From: Pocillopora damicornis | Lineage: Eukaryota | NCBI RefSeq assembly: GCF_003704095.1 | Contig: NW_020847187.1 | Coordinates: 372,001 to 436,000, forward strand | Length of the DNA: 64,000 bases | Direction of reading: 5' to 3' | Shown: positions 1-14,050 of the stretch, one piece after another | Layout: every line of letters starts with the position of its first letter | Numbering within the stretch: the stretch's first letter is position 1 | Notes under the pieces: generated by a model | What the model saw: only the letters and a program-made list of their open reading frames with translations | Told to the model about the DNA's origin: nothing | Database searches by the model: none | Translations under genes and position numbers: made by a program

Positions 1-473
1 TTGCCGATACCTCAGGCAATTTATGCAGAATGGTGTAGAGAATATGCATATTGATGTTAGGGTGTTAAAAGGAAATGTTTAGACTTTAGGTTTAATTTCT
101 CTTTTACAAAGTGGTGATCAACTTCAAGATAACATGGTAAAAAAATGAGACGCCTTTCATATATGGAAATCCTTAAAGTATACTTTAGGATTTTTGGCAT
201 ATTTTGCATGATGGACAAAATTTGCCAGTATTTACCATTTACCACATTTTAAAACTGCTGTTAGAATGTTCAAACTGAAATAGATAGAGCAACTTTCCTC
301 CCAAATAAATTAAACCTCACCCTAGGAATACAGGTCACAGAGTCACTTGGCCTTCATTTGATCATGGTGAAAGGAGACTAAAATTTATGGACATAAACAA
401 GTTTATGATCCCAGTTTAGGCAAACTATTCCAAACAATCTGTCAGTACAATAGATGTGTTAATATGTTAGTTT

Positions 474-632
474 GGTATCCAGTCGTTTCGTATCCAAATT
501 CGGTCGATTTATGCTCAGTTTGAGTCGGTCTGTGCGCCAACCGCCGGTCGACCCGTATCCGTCCCAATATACATTCGAAATATCTCGCGCGTGGGCGAAT
601 CAGCCAAGCTGGGTACGAAACGACAGGGAACC
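474..632. mobile_element. Short non-autonomous element (MITE) with terminal inverted repeats
   Basis: Left end ggtatccagtcgtttcgtatcca (474-496) is an imperfect inverted repeat (19/23) of right end tgggtacgaaacgacagggaacc (610-632); no coding capacity. Confidence 0.6.
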
Positions 633-656
633 GATAGTTCCTATCCTGTTTTAGTT

Positions 657-865
657 TTACCTTTTACACCTTAACATCGCGATGCACATTCTCTATACCT
701 CTCCACTCATTCCCAAAGGTGCTGAAAAGGAGAGTTTGTTCTACAATTAAGAGCTCTTAAAGTTGGTGATCATTTGCTTTATTCTCGTGACCTTATTGTT
801 TGATTCAGGAATGATGTTGTAAGGAGAAATAAGATGCTAATCACTCATTGGGGTCAAAGGGCCAA
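657..865 (+). mobile_element. ~210-bp MITE of the ttaacccttt...aaagggttaa type, degenerate copy
   Basis: Ends ttaccttttacacc / ggggtcaaagggccaa. Internal aaggtgctgaaaaggagagtttgtt recurs at 13695-13790 (ggtgctgacaaggagaatttgttt). An inverted 5' fragment is at ~20-72. Confidence 0.6.
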
Positions 866-3800
866 TCATTGGTATGTAACTCAATCGTAATTATTAAAGC
901 TAACTTATAACTATTTACAAGATGAATGGTTTCCGTGACTGATTAAAAAGGTCCCCGAAAGAATTCAGTCACGGAGAGAGCAGATAAAATTTGGCTCGAA
1001 GAGACGAATGTGTTACGATCCCCAAATTCTTAATATGAGCAGAACCACGCGATAAAACCGTTCACAGAATTTTGCTAGGGCTAGGATCAGTGACGGTGTG
1101 AACCTTTCAGAAGATAAGGCAGCCTTTTCCTCAAGAAGACCTATTATTCACTTTGATTGCTGAATCCTTAAAATATCGCGACGAGAGGTAGAAAGGAGGG
1201 GGTAGGGTAGGGATTTCAGGACCGCAGACCACCTCGGCTGGTACTTAATTTACCCAAGCAGAACACTGCCCTGACTGAAATGAAAATTTTTTCACAGTTG
1301 TGAACTTTCAGCAATAAATGTTCACTAAAACGATGTGGACCCTTATCCTCTAACCCAATGTAAGCAGTAACAATTCCTCCACCTTTTTAAGTGTTGTTAG
1401 GCAGTGTTTCCAATAAATCACGGCTGCCGCAGACCAGACTGAAGCATAGCCCCGGCATATCATCATGGATAAGGGAATCGAAGAGCACGGCTACTAGTAT
1501 AGGATGTATTTGCTAACAGCAAGGAGGTTGGAGGAGATTTCATCAGTAGCCAGTACTTTATTCTGGAATGAATTTCTCGTGGCATTGGAGGATGATCTCT
1601 GGTCAGGTCTGTTAATCACTCCCCAGTAACACCCCTTTGGGCGTCGGTGTCCCTAATACTTACATATGCTGATTACAGGACCTTAGTTGACTTGCAACAG
1701 AGTTTACAGTTATCAGGAATTTCGACTAAGTTTCGTTTTAAGATGTCTTTAAACCAAAACCAAAACGATTACAACGGCAAACCAGAGAGTGGGATGGAAC
1801 AACTCCAAGTGAAAAAAGGCAAACTTGTGAGAGATGCGGATAAAACGTAAATGAACAAATCTCAATTGGGTTGATTTTTTTTACTGAAGGGTACAACTCA
1901 CGCATCCCAGAGTACTACTTTTTAAGCATCACTTGTGTCACTTTAAATAAATTTTCACCCTAATTTCTTGAACACAAATCTTTGTCGTTCTTTTTTTTAG
2001 AAGATAAGCTATTGCTACAGTTAGCTCAAATACCAAACGAATCAGTTCATTATGGATTCGAATTCGAACGTTAATGAAGTTCGTGGTCAGATATCGATTC
2101 AAATGTACACTTAAGAAAGCGAACATCTTAATTTTTTTTTTTGTTGTCGTTCGTTTAGTACAATATAAATAAAATCAGTTGGGTTTTTATGTCGGACCAC
2201 CTTGAAAGGAGTTAAACAGCGACAAAGAATTTCTAAACATATTGTTTGTTTTCCAGCGCCCCAGAAGAATTACGTAACGCTCTTTGTTAACTTGACTTAG
2301 TAAAGTAATGTGTTGTGACATTTCACAAAGACTCGAACGACGATTGTGATCTCAGGTGACACTGATCTTGCATTTCAGGTTTTGGGGAAGTTATGAATAA
2401 TGATAACAATATTTCTGACGCTAAAAGTTTTTCCTTTGAAATAATGTCTGAGCCGTTTAACTGTGAACTCTGTTTAAAGAGCCTTTATGAACTCATGCTA
2501 GTGACTTGTAAATTTTGGTCCTCGTTTATGTTCATCAACTTATAATCACGCTTTGAACTGCTTAAATTAATTTTCCTGCGAAGACTTTGACATTGCGTAT
2601 TTCAGATTTTTTGGAGGTAATTAGTCGTGTAGCAGAACAAAAATCAGACAGATGTTTCATTAAATATTAATAAGAATTTTGTGGATTCCGGTGTTACTTA
2701 AAGTAATGGACAGTCCATGTCTTTGTTCCAAGTTTTTTGCGAAAAATGTAAATATTAACACACAAAGGCAATTCGTGTCAGTTGGGCGATCAAGCGTGAC
2801 TCCAGAACACTCACCGTTAACAATTAAAAATTTTAATATGTATTTAAAAATTTGACCGAGATGAACAGTTGACGCTCAGCATTAAACGTTCGTGGTCTGA
2901 GCCGCGAGTAAAGTTGCATAAAAGGGGGCAAAAGATTATAGAAAGAAATTGGAAGAAGTTCATGTCATCAAATTATTCAAGGAGAAAGTCGACCTTCTCA
3001 AGTAAGTGCATGAACTAATGTCTTCCTTACCAACTTTGTTTTGATTTGTTAGGATGGTTTTTACAATTATGCTCTTACGCAGTTTCGCGTGCAGAATTTT
3101 ATTCTCTTTCGTTTAGAAACATGCTACTTTATTATGAAATACTCTTTCCTATTCTCAATTTTATTAAACTTTCAAAGTTTTGCCTGAGTTAATGAGTTTC
3201 ATTCTGAAATATTTCTGCACACAATTTCGCTGGGAGTTCATACCTTGAACAAACATTGTTAACTCAAGTCGCTCGTGTACATGGAAGTGAACCAGTTTCT
3301 AACCGCTTAGGAAAAGATTTGAAATTTAGTGTTTCCGTTAAGCATTTGAACGCTTCAGTTAACGGCCACATGCATGGTAGAACAATCATTTACTAGGCTA
3401 GACATCCAGACTTAATGGTCCGAAGAATCCATAATCTTATAACAATAGCGTGCATGGGTCGCCGAGCAGTCTCTGAAAGACGAGCTAAATCGTTCTATTA
3501 TACGGTATGATTTGAGGATGTTGCTCACTTTCTCGGCTATTTTCAACCATACTGAGGTGATTATTCCACAGGAGTCTATTTTTTGTCGAGCAAAACTGGA
3601 TCAGTTATTTGTATAATTGTTAATTTTGAACCTTCTATCATCGTCAAATACATGCTTCGGATAACAACCATTCACGCGCAAAAACGGGGAATAGTTTTCA
3701 TTGGCATTTCTCTCTGATCTTTTAAATTCACTGAGTCCCTGTTTGGCGAAAATTACCGAACTAAACTATCAGAAGTAATATTCTCTTCATGGCATGTAGT

Positions 3801-4930
3801 CGATATTAAATATCTGGTAACATTTTCGAGCTCAAGTTAATGATAACGTTTTTAATAAGGTGCCAATATTTGCAACCAAAAACGACATAATATTTCCTTT
3901 GCATTCAATTATGTCTTCGATGCAAGTTAAATCAGATCAGCTAAACCTCGATTATACACGCAACTAGAAAGCTTTGGTTACAAATTTATCGACATGAGAA
4001 AAAATCGCCGTTATTTTTTGTTCGCCAGAACTCGAAAGGAAACTCGAAACAAACAACCACATATCATTACTTTATATTAGCTTTTTTTATTCATTTAACA
4101 AACACAAAAAATCTGTGTAAAATTATAGACCAGTTCTGCATGCACGGACGTAAAATGGAACTGCACGGGTTGGAATTATTTCTAAGGATTAACATTGTTG
4201 CCGATCACAATCTTTTATTGGGAAACTTTCATCACATCACTGTGGTTTTCAGGAAAGGTCCTAACTTAGGTTCAAAGTAGTAAATTAGACTATGTTCAGT
4301 AAAATAAAAGATACCTAGAAATAAAAAATATTTATAAAAACTATATCAAGAATTGATAAAAAGCTGCAATTGAAACGCAAGAAGAATTGTTCTTGGTGCC
4401 TTTCCGCAATAGTCTTGATGTAATTGTCTCCTGTCGCGAAGTCATTGGTCAAGAATCATCTTTAATGTTCAGTCTTTAGAAAAAGAGAATTTTAAAAAAG
4501 TTTTACAACATTGCCTAAATCTCAATCTCAGATTTCTCCCGCTTAGTTGTGCTCTTTTGTTATGTTTGACGGGGAGTATTTTGCAAGAGTTTCTCAAATC
4601 TACGATCAGCAGAGTGCAAAGCCAAGGTCTCCGTAAAATATCCTGGGTTCTTAGTCATCATTATGAAACTCAAAAATAGATGGTGCAGGAACACTGTAAT
4701 TTTTTCTAGTAAAGATACAAACAAGCTGATAACCCAACAGTCTCTCGCAACCGTTTCACAAAGATTAAAATTGTTTGAAATGAGATTTCCCAAACTAGTC
4801 TTACACTGAACCGAAGGATTAAAAGATTTTCTATTAACGACAACCCTAGCTCTTAGAAAACAACTCTTTGTTGTGATCATTGTGCGACAGTCATTGTTTT
4901 TTTCCAAAGCCGAGCGGAAGTGACATTCCC

Positions 4931-6019
4931 CTATGTATCTATTTGATCGCGTAGGAACTGGATTTCAAGAGCAAGTTTTTCTTTCTCCATCATCAATTTA
5001 TCCTTTTCCAAAGCCAGCTTTTCCTTCTCTAGTAAGAGTTTTTCCTTCTTGAGTTTTTCTATTTCATCTCTCACGTGCGAGCCGGGTGACTCATTCCCAT
5101 ATTCGAAATTTCTTTTCCTTTTGATCACGTGCGCCAGCGGAGAGGAAAGCATACGTTTCTGTTGCGGGATAAGAATGCGATGTCTACCTCCTCCGCTTAT
5201 AGAAGCGTTCGCTGCGATCACAGTATGTTGACTCGGAAACTTCCCGACTTCCTGAAAAGAGGAGACAATGTTCATGGGAACGGGAGCACAACCATGAATT
5301 CCGCTACTGTTTGGAAAAACCTGACATGGGGTCTTCTCCTGATCTTTCGAACTCGGAGTAAGTGAGTTGAAAGCCGAGAAACAGGCTGTTTCTCCGTTGG
5401 TATTTTCCTGGTGGGTGTTTTCTACGGTCTGCTCATTGTTTGAGGTTGGGGAAACTATTTCTCCGGTTTTTGCCACGACATGCACGATTCGTTGCTCTTC
5501 ATTTTGCTCGGCAACCTCCCCCTCCTCTTGTTCTCCGTCCTCCAATAAAGCTTGCTCTAACTGATCGGTTGTGGCCAAACTGCGATCGATACTCATCCCT
5601 GCTCCCTCCCCGATTCTACAATTAGAGGCCGTTATGCGTAATATCTCTATAATCTTTTCACTCACTGGTGACAATTTCCTTGGCGTTACCTGTTCGCCAC
5701 TTTCTGAATCTGCGGTAGATTCCAGGAGTTCTTTCTTTGCTGCGCGAACCATGTTTTTCCATTTTCTCTTTAAATCGTTAGCAGTACGTAGGACGATCGG
5801 ATTCTTGCTGTTATAATCTCTGCAAATGCGCTTCCACACCTCGACCTTTTGTTTGTTGGTAGTCGCATCGTTCAACTTCGAGGTGAGTATTTCCGAGTTT
5901 CGCTCAAACTGAGAGATTAAGAACAAGCTTTCTCCTTCCGTGAAGTTAGGCTTTCGTTTGTTAGCGACGAGGACTACATCTAGACTATCAGCGCTGCGTG
6001 TGTCGCCGGCGTAAGTCAT
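4931..6019 (-). CDS. Myb/SANT-like DNA-binding protein (MSANTD/NAIF1 type, Harbinger-derived Myb) with C-terminal leucine heptad coiled coil; 362 aa, single coding exon
   Basis: N-terminal KRKPNFTEGE...KQKVEVWKRI...RTANDLKRKWKNM is the Myb_DNA-bind_5 signature. C-terminal LEKEKLA-type heptads resemble MSANTD4. The ORF-track start at 6061 is GTG; the first ATG is at 6019. Confidence 0.85.
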   Translation of the reverse strand: MTYAGDTRSADSLDVVLVANKRKPNFTEGESLFLISQFERNSEILTSKLNDATTNKQKVEVWKRICRDYNSKNPIVLRTANDLKRKWKNMVRAAKKELLESTADSESGEQVTPRKLSPVSEKIIEILRITASNCRIGEGAGMSIDRSLATTDQLEQALLEDGEQEEGEVAEQNEEQRIVHVVAKTGEIVSPTSNNEQTVENTHQENTNGETACFSAFNSLTPSSKDQEKTPCQVFPNSSGIHGCAPVPMNIVSSFQEVGKFPSQHTVIAANASISGGGRHRILIPQQKRMLSSPLAHVIKRKRNFEYGNESPGSHVRDEIEKLKKEKLLLEKEKLALEKDKLMMEKEKLALEIQFLRDQIDT

Positions 6020-6593
6020 CGCTGCGAAGGAACAACACTGCCTCGACTGAACCAAATTCACACAGATTTAAGTCACTGATTTGAATGAAATTAAAATTAC
6101 AGCTTGTGCTTGGCTCTGAATGAAGATCGTGCTAAAATCAACGTGTGACATACATCACTCACTTACGGTGCCTATATCGAGGTGACCTTTGCTGATATTG
6201 GCGCTAAGTCAAAGACCTAAGTTAGCCCCGTTGTTCGAAGAGACACGCTTTAATTTAATACGGGTCTTAAAATAGAAATGGCAGACGAACAATGTGGCTT
6301 TACCGCACGCATTATGTTAATCCACCACGTCACTGGCTGATTATGTAAAGTTGATACTGACAATAGAATCTCTATATCAAGTTAACACAAGATGGCTTGA
6401 AAGCCAAAATAATCCTTAGATTTTTTTTACCTTCGAATATCTCATTTCGCTGTATTTTCGTGAACGTTTCATTCAGTTGTTTTTGTTATGGATGACATAC
6501 GCTGCGGTTAAGTAACAATTTAGTGCCAGAGGTTGTTTTCGCAATTTAATGAAAAAAAAATGGTATTTTGACCTGCGGATGAAACAAAAAAAT

Positions 6594-6750
6594 GATCCAC
6601 GCAGGTGGGCTTTGACTAAAACAATTTGAAGAAAAGGAGACTGAAAAATATTAAGGTATTTTCGGGATATGAACTCGTGCCTCCCAGAAACCAGTTGGCA
6701 TTACCGCAATCTGAGGTACGAAGTCACATGTTGAGAGCGAGGCGAATTTA
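6594..6750 (-). mobile_element. Degenerate tRNA-derived SINE fragment
   Basis: Minus strand has a B-box-like gagttcatatcccg followed by a T-rich tract, the same layout as the copy at 25473-25543. Confidence 0.4.
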
Positions 6751-9700
6751 AGTGAGTCATCCTTCCCCGGAAGCATTTTGATCGGTACTGCAAAGTTCCA
6801 GTCTCGTCGAAGTGTGAACATCTTTACTGCAATTTATTTGATTGCAGCTTACCAGCAAGGATTATTTCAGATCTTGTGGCAATTATTTGCAGTCTTTGAG
6901 ACAACCTGTTTTGTCGTTGGCCGGTCAGCTTTACTTTGTCTGTGAGAAACCCTGTTCTCTTACTCTGTCCTTTTGGTAACCTGTTTTACTGTCTGTTTGG
7001 CTAGCCTGACTCGCTGTCATTTAGGAACTGCTTTGGACAGCGTCTGGCCGTCAGTATTGAAGCGACACCTACCAGTCGGATGTCTAAATGTTTCAGTAGC
7101 CGCTCACGGCTATACAATTTGGAAAAATGTTAGCCGGATCAACAACACTTCCTTGAAATCACGTATCATTGGCGCTAATTTGCACTTGAACTGTATTATA
7201 TTTTGAATTAAGATTATGAATTCAAGTTAGGAAACAACAACGCATTTTTAATGTTCAAAGCCTAACAAGGGGTCAGTTAGCGATAAGCCGTATGACCTCA
7301 GTCAAACATCTTGTAGCGAACTCTTTTATCAACGAAAAACCATTAGGTTACTACTCAAAACTAGACAGCGACGCGAGAAGCACTGAAAAAAAAAAGGAAA
7401 ATAAAACAGACCAGACTGGCAGCAGTACAGTGGACAAAAATAGGTTCACGCGATCACCAGACCCAGAGTATTTCTAGAAACAATGCAGGAGGAGTAGCAG
7501 ACTAGACAGGATCCTAAATTACGAACAACTTGCTTCAAGTCAGTAGCTCCCCATCACTTAAGTTCAAGGCCGAAAAAAGTACAAACTACTGGGCGACAGC
7601 GACATTTCAACACCCACTGAAGTAGGACGAATCTTACTCTGTTTTTTGGGCGACATCGGCAAATAAAAAGGTGTGACACGGCGGCGTGGCCAGCCGACAT
7701 AACAGGCCTCAATCAGCACTCATTTCACCGCGGGCGGTTCCTGGATTTTTTTCCCCATACATGAATTTCTGTGAATCGAACGGTGGGTGAACTGTTTTCG
7801 AAATTTCATGATTGCCACTCTACAAACACTACTGTAAAGTCGAGCTGAAAATTGTAGAAGTGATAAATATCAGAAATTAAGTTTGTTATTTTCGTAATTT
7901 TCGTGAGTTAAAAAAAACTGATCTCTAATATTCCTGATCTTACGACGAAATATTCATATTGTTACAGTATTGTTTAAATCGATGTTTTTATCTTCAGGAT
8001 CATTTACTTTACCAAATGACCTTACGAATTTAAGAGAATGGCAGACGGACGGCGGCAATATCATTAAACACCAAAACTATTTTAAAATCTGCCGTTAGTC
8101 TCGGCATCATGCCCATGAAGCTTCGATTACTTATGGGTATCGTCGTTCCTCTCGTCACGAAACCTTGCACTCTTTTAAAAAAAACTGGAATTCTGACAAA
8201 AAGAGAAAAAAAGTAAGACATCAGAGCTGATTCACATTTCTTCCTGACTGGTCTTAAAGTCATTTCACAAAACGCAAGTATGACGCCCTATTTTCCGTAG
8301 TTGCAATTAAATCTTTATTTTTATAGGAAAAAGTCTCGACATCACTCTTTTCTGTCGTTAGTCTAAACAGACAAACACATCTGCAAGTCAACAGTAAATT
8401 TTTTTATATTTCCTTTCTTCTTCAATTGGAGGAGGAAGGAGGCGGGGAAGGGGAAGAGGGGCCGTTGTGCCGCTTAAATTTTCTTGGCGCTCTGATCTCA
8501 TCCTCTATTAATTGCATATTTCATGTCGTTTAGAGGGCTCACTTCTCCATTTTTCAAATTTACGGGCCAGTGTGAAATTTTCCGAATTTCTAATTAACTC
8601 AAACTCTATAAGTGTGATCGACAGCACAACAGTCCAAAACTGGATCCAATTTAACCTTCACTCTGCTGACAAAGCATCAGTTATGTTGCTAATTGAATCT
8701 GGCTAACTAAATGATCCCTAACCATCCTACGAAAGACCTAGGTACCCACATGGGTATTCCTTTCGAAAATAAGGTGCCACAGAGGGAGAGGGCGCTTATT
8801 TAATGTTTCAGGCGCAAACCCGAGTTTCTGATCTTTCGTATCACCGTACTTTTTTGTTGTATCTTTGGATACAACATCTTTGTATCTTGTATCTGAATTC
8901 CTCTTCCTTTATTAAAAAACTCGTATATTCGCTCACATTTTCTCAACCCAAACTACGGCAACAGTTGTAGCTTCTACGCTCAAGATGCCCTACAGTAAGC
9001 GGAAATAACTCAGAACGGAATATTTAGTAGTTAGGGGAATTCACTTTCATGCCAAGTATTAAAGGATCTCATTTCAATTGAACTGACATTCCTGTCAGTT
9101 AATCCGTTGTACCATAAGCAAAATTTGCATGATTTATGATTACACTCCGTTGGCGACGGACGGAAATACGTGTTTCATCGAGGCAATTCACCGCTATCGC
9201 CGGGAGCCATAATCGGGAAATTGTGGTAAACACTCATCTGATTGTTGAACTTAGAATAGTAGGTGTTGTTGAGTAGCAGCCCCTGCAGCAACTTGGAATT
9301 TGAATTGCAATTCAGTTCCAACAAACAGGCAAGCGGTTCGACTTTCGCCCTTATGAGAAAGCAGCAGATTAAAAGACCTATTACCACTTCAATTTTTCAC
9401 GCTACAGTTTTACACAAAACTTGTTTCCGCGCATTTTTAGAGGAAATTTGTTCTTTGCGACCTTTGTGGATTTTGCTGTTAAATTCAAGCTGAATTTATT
9501 ATAAAGATAACTGCTCCATGTCAAAAATTCCGGCTTCAAGAAGACTCTTTGGTTTTCGCCCGTTAAGTCATATCTTTGGCCAAGTTTTCCTCAGTCTTTC
9601 AGATCTTGAGAGTGTTCACAGATTGTATTGAAATAGATCTATACAAGTTGAAACAAAAGGAGAAAGTAGCTAAAATAGTGTATTTTCCTTGCTTATGACT

Positions 9701-10128
9701 TAGGTATTGTGGTTCACAGGCCAGGTTTCGGCACGAATATTACGTCGAAGAAAAAAAAAGACTTGTTCAGTGGATATGAACAAACAACAAGACACACCAA
9801 AACAACAGTTGGAATTTCCTTTGTTAAAATTCACCCACTATCGGCCTTTTTTCAGTAAGTCAGTTTCCAAGGTTGTGGTAAATGATGAATGAGTCGTCAA
9901 TTCTCTACGTATTGCTTTCACCCTGAGATTGTTTCTCTCTCTAAGATCTCATGAGAAGAACCAGTTTCTTTGATTATGATTAAATGTTCCTTTTCCTGTT
10001 TTATCTCGTTTTTCAGCAATACAGGCCTTCGCAGGAAGGTAATAGAACATAAAGGATGACTTCTTTAAACGTCACGCTCTCCTTGCGTTACGCCCCATTT
10101 CTACGACATCCGTGTGAATGATAAGAAA

Positions 10129-12849
10129 ATGCCCAGAATTTCAGATGTGCACCGTGACAGTTACACTGACTCGATCTTGAGTCTGAGTGAAGGACTGATT
10201 ATCTTATTTGTGGCATCGAGTGTTCTTGTCCTTGGTGCCCTTTGTAAATATCTCGGGAAATTATGCCGTAAGCTTTGGAAAAAACCGCGATGGAAGAGGA
10301 AATCAAAAAAGAGACATTCAAAACGCGCAGAACAAAGGAAAGGAAGCGCGCCTGTCAAACGCTCCGGATCCTTTAGATCAGGAGAGGGCGTAGTTATGTC
10401 ACCGCAGTTTACTATTCCATCGTCCCGCAGCTGTATGATACAGCAGCCATACCCAGATCTCTCACAAGGCAGGACTGGAAAGACTACTGCGGATAAACGC
10501 CTCTCGTAAGTGATAAATTCAGCTTTTTACTGCTAAGTCACTGGTTTACTAAAAGATAAATCATAAATTTACTAAGTAGCAGACTAGCTGTCTGATCGAC
10601 TAGTTAACTAGCTGACCGCCTGAATAAGTGATCGACAGGTAGCTCGATTGCCTAACTGATTGACTGACTGACTAACCTGACTGACGAGTGGTGCTGATTA
10701 ATTGACTGACAAGAATGACCAACTGGCTGACTGGCTCACTGAATGAGTTACCGGCTGACTGACTGGTTAGTCGCTCGACTAACCGATTGGATGACCAACG
10801 GGCTCACTGATTGGGTTGCAAGCTGACAGATCAATTAATTGACTGTCAACTGATCAACTTATTGCCTCAGTGACTGACTGAATGTTCAACTGACTGATTG
10901 ACTCGTTCACCTGAATCAACCTCTCGTCCACGTTATTCCAATAAAGTGTGGTCAAAATAACACCTATTCTGTTCTTGTGTATAGGTTGGTATCTTTTTAT
11001 CTCAAAGAAAAAGAAATTGGCAAACTGAATCCTCAATTGTACCAGAACTATGAGAGAACGGTGCGGATAGGCATGGACAAAGAACTTGGGCAACTAAATC
11101 TAATCCTCAAATACAAAGGGAAAACCAGAAACCTCTCTGTTACGCTTGTCAACGGTAAAGACTTTCCACCGCGTGACTTCTCTGGTACTATCGACACTTG
11201 CGTGACAGTTTGTGTACTCCCACACCGTGAACGACGGAAGCGAACTGCAATTCATAGGCGATCTATGAACCCTCAGTACAACGAAAATTTTGTTTTCAAT
11301 ATTCAACTTGGTGAAGACACTCATGCACATAGCCTTCTTCTTATCACGTACTTTTACGATAGTTTTTCGCACGCCCATGTTTTAGGGCAGTGTTACGTGC
11401 CTCTCATATATTGTGACTTTTCAAGTGAAACCATTGTTTGGTGCTATCTAGACCATCCTTATGGTTCGGTGAGTGTTGTTATTCTGACGTATCAGTTTTT
11501 TTTTCTTTTTTTTTAATGCCAGCTTAAATACTTTGTTTTATTTTGGGGTGGAAGTTTGTAACTCCAAGTTCACTTTTTACGCTTCCGTATTTGTCTGGCC
11601 TGTTTTGGAAAAACAGAGTTACATGCAGGTCGAGAACAATAATGTTTTTTCATTTTCTCCTTTGTTTGTCTCTATCTTCGAGTTCGTGCAAACATGGCCA
11701 AAGATCCTGTATCTCCTTGAACGACTTATTATCTGTTTGCATTCAGCCTAGATTACTGTTAAAAGTCAATTTTAATCACTAGTGTTAGCTCTAAGCAAGA
11801 TTTGTACAGATCCATATTCAACGGAATGGGAGCGTGAGCACCTTTTCCGAAAATCGATAGGTTACTTGCCCTCTTCATGACAACAACAGGACAGAATAGT
11901 GGTTTTACCTTCATGTGTTTCCATGTTTCTTTTTTTTAGTACACCACCTTAGTGGGGGCATTACAGAGTCTTGTGACTTCAGAGTGTGGTGATCTGCTGC
12001 TGTCTTTGTGTTACGTCTCCAAGAGCCAGACTCTCACGGTTGCCATAATGAAGGGTATGAACCTAGCAGAAGGACGGCTGTCTTCTGTTGGTAAGTTTTC
12101 ACCCTGTTATCATTCGGAATGAAATGCAACTCTGATGGTGATGTAAAAAAGTAGCACAAAAGAACGAAAATCGTATGGGACCAATCCTCTAAACCTCCCC
12201 CCCCCCTCCCCCCCCTCTCAGGTGTTCTGGATAATTATAAACGAAACGTTACTAAAAGCTAACGAAAATTGTTGTAAAACGATTTCAAAGTTATATACCT
12301 AGATGAAGTAAAGTGGGAGAACTATTTCTCATCCTTTTTTTAAGTTATTTTTTCGGTATTACTGCACTCTGAAGATTATTTAGTAATTAAGATTGTTAGG
12401 GTGCAAGCTTGCATATACAAATGGTCTTCGGAGGTTTTTATTGTTTCAACGTCATATAACACTGCTCTCTCTTTAATTTTTTTTCAGAGAAGCTATACAC
12501 AAAAGCAACTCTACTTCACGATAATCAAAAAATTGGTAAGAGGAAAACGAGTTTGCAGGAAATCGGTGATATTTACACGGTTTTTAACGAAGCTCTGTTG
12601 TTCCGTATCCCTGGAGAGAAGCTTATCAGTTGCACATTGAAAATCTCTGTCAATCATTACAACGTTATGGGTAAAAGTTCCAGTCTTGGCGAAGTCACCT
12701 TCAGCGCAGAGTCGACTGGACTCGAAGATGCGCATTGGTCAAGCGTGACCACAAAACGCGACAAACCGGTTACGATGTGGCACACCCTTCGAGGATTCAA
12801 ATTTATGGAGACTTCCAGAGAGGAAAGAGAGCCTCTCTCGCCGAATTAA
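10129..12849 (+). CDS. Synaptotagmin-like protein 1 (N-terminal TM, tandem C2A/C2B), ~457 aa; exons 10129-10505, 10985-11468, 11940-12090, 12488-12849
   Basis: TM GLIILFVASSVLVLGAL followed by a basic stretch; IGKLNPQLY linker; C2A LGQLNLILKY...NPQYNENFVF; C2B GDLLLSLCY...VFNEALLF...PVTMWHTL. All introns are GT-AG and phases join in frame (2,0,1). Confidence 0.88.
10580..10915. repeat. Degenerate (GACT/ACTG)n tetranucleotide repeat in synaptotagmin-like gene 1 intron
   Basis: Runs such as tgactgactgactaacctgactgac and ctgactgactgaatg over ~330 bp. Confidence 0.8.
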
Positions 12850-13914
12850 ACAACAGAGAAAAGATATTTAAGTTAGCTCGATTTTTGATCTCACTTCCAG
12901 TGGAAAAATTGTTTACTAAAAGCAGTTTAGAGTCTGCATATGGCTGAAAACTTTCAAGTAATGGAAATGATATTGTACCATTAAATCATGAAACAACTAC
13001 TTGTTCAGAAACTGATATAGATCTCATTGTGTAAAAGCTTCGTAGGACAGAAAGAGAAGATTTCGCCAGATTATAGGGTCCTTATTATATAGGCGGAAAT
13101 AATTATTTCGAACGAGGAATCTACTTCAGGTGTTAAAGCAATTTTAACCTAGTATCATCGTTAAAAAATATGTTATAAAAAAGTTAGAAGAAAATACGAA
13201 GGGGCCGTGGATTAGAAGTTGTTTATGAAATGCAAAATTATGTTTTCAAAGGATCATGCTAGACTTTCATAGGAATCCCTTCTGTTACACAACTTCAACT
13301 CGCGGATGTTTTCAAAGGGCGATTCACCTAAATACATCAACCTAGCTCAGCACTGAAAAAGCTGATTTTGATATAATGCACTCTGACGCATTGCTTTGAG
13401 TCAAGTTGAGATTAAAAAAAAATAGACTCGTTCTGTCAAAGGGAGGACTACAGTTTTGATGAGGAGGTAATAGCCTAGTCTGAAAATAGAATTGAGCTTT
13501 CGCATGTGATGTACGCTGCATGTAGAATAAACAAAAAATCAGCTTCATGGAGTGTAAAATATTTACTTCAGCCTTCCCATTTTATACGGTCACGCCAGTT
13601 TGAATTGTTTTTCGAATAAACTTCTGTTTTTTCAAATGTTCCTTTGCTTTATTATGCGATCCACATGCCTAGCATTAGTCGTTTTATCGACACATTACAC
13701 CCTACTACCTGCATGCACATTCACCATACTGTTCTATTTACACTTCCTACGGTGCTGACAAGGAGAATTTGTTTAAAAGTCGAGGGCTTACCTAATGTCT
13801 TATTCAGAGGTGGTGTCGTAAAGAGAAAGTAGAAGCTTATCACTCCTTGAGTTGATGGGGGAGGATTATGAATGAGTGCGTTACACTTTTGAAACCTATA
13901 ACAAAGCGGGTTTT

Positions 13915-14050
13915 CCCCTGCACGTGACAAACTTTCTGGTGACTCACGCACGACGGTGCCTGGAAACGAATTTTTGACGTAAAAAAATTCTAATATGGCG
14001 CGCGAGAAAGCGAAACGTGCACCATTCCGGAAGTTAGATTTAATTAAAAC
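13915..14050 (+). promoter_or_regulatory. CpG-rich putative housekeeping promoter of the SLC46-like gene
   Basis: E-box CACGTG (13921), YY1-like aatatggcg (~13992) and ETS CCGGAAGT (14027-14034). A donor gag|gttagt follows at ~14146, then a CpG-poor gene body. Confidence 0.45.

Noticed and set aside
2920-3007. Plus-strand exon-like segment ending in gtaagt, which would nest the Myb gene in a synaptotagmin 5' intron
   Set aside because: A single donor motif only; no supporting frame or transcript evidence.
10580-10915. Possible CRISPR-like or coding repeat array
   Set aside because: Degenerate tetranucleotide microsatellite in a spliceosomal intron; no repeat-spacer structure.
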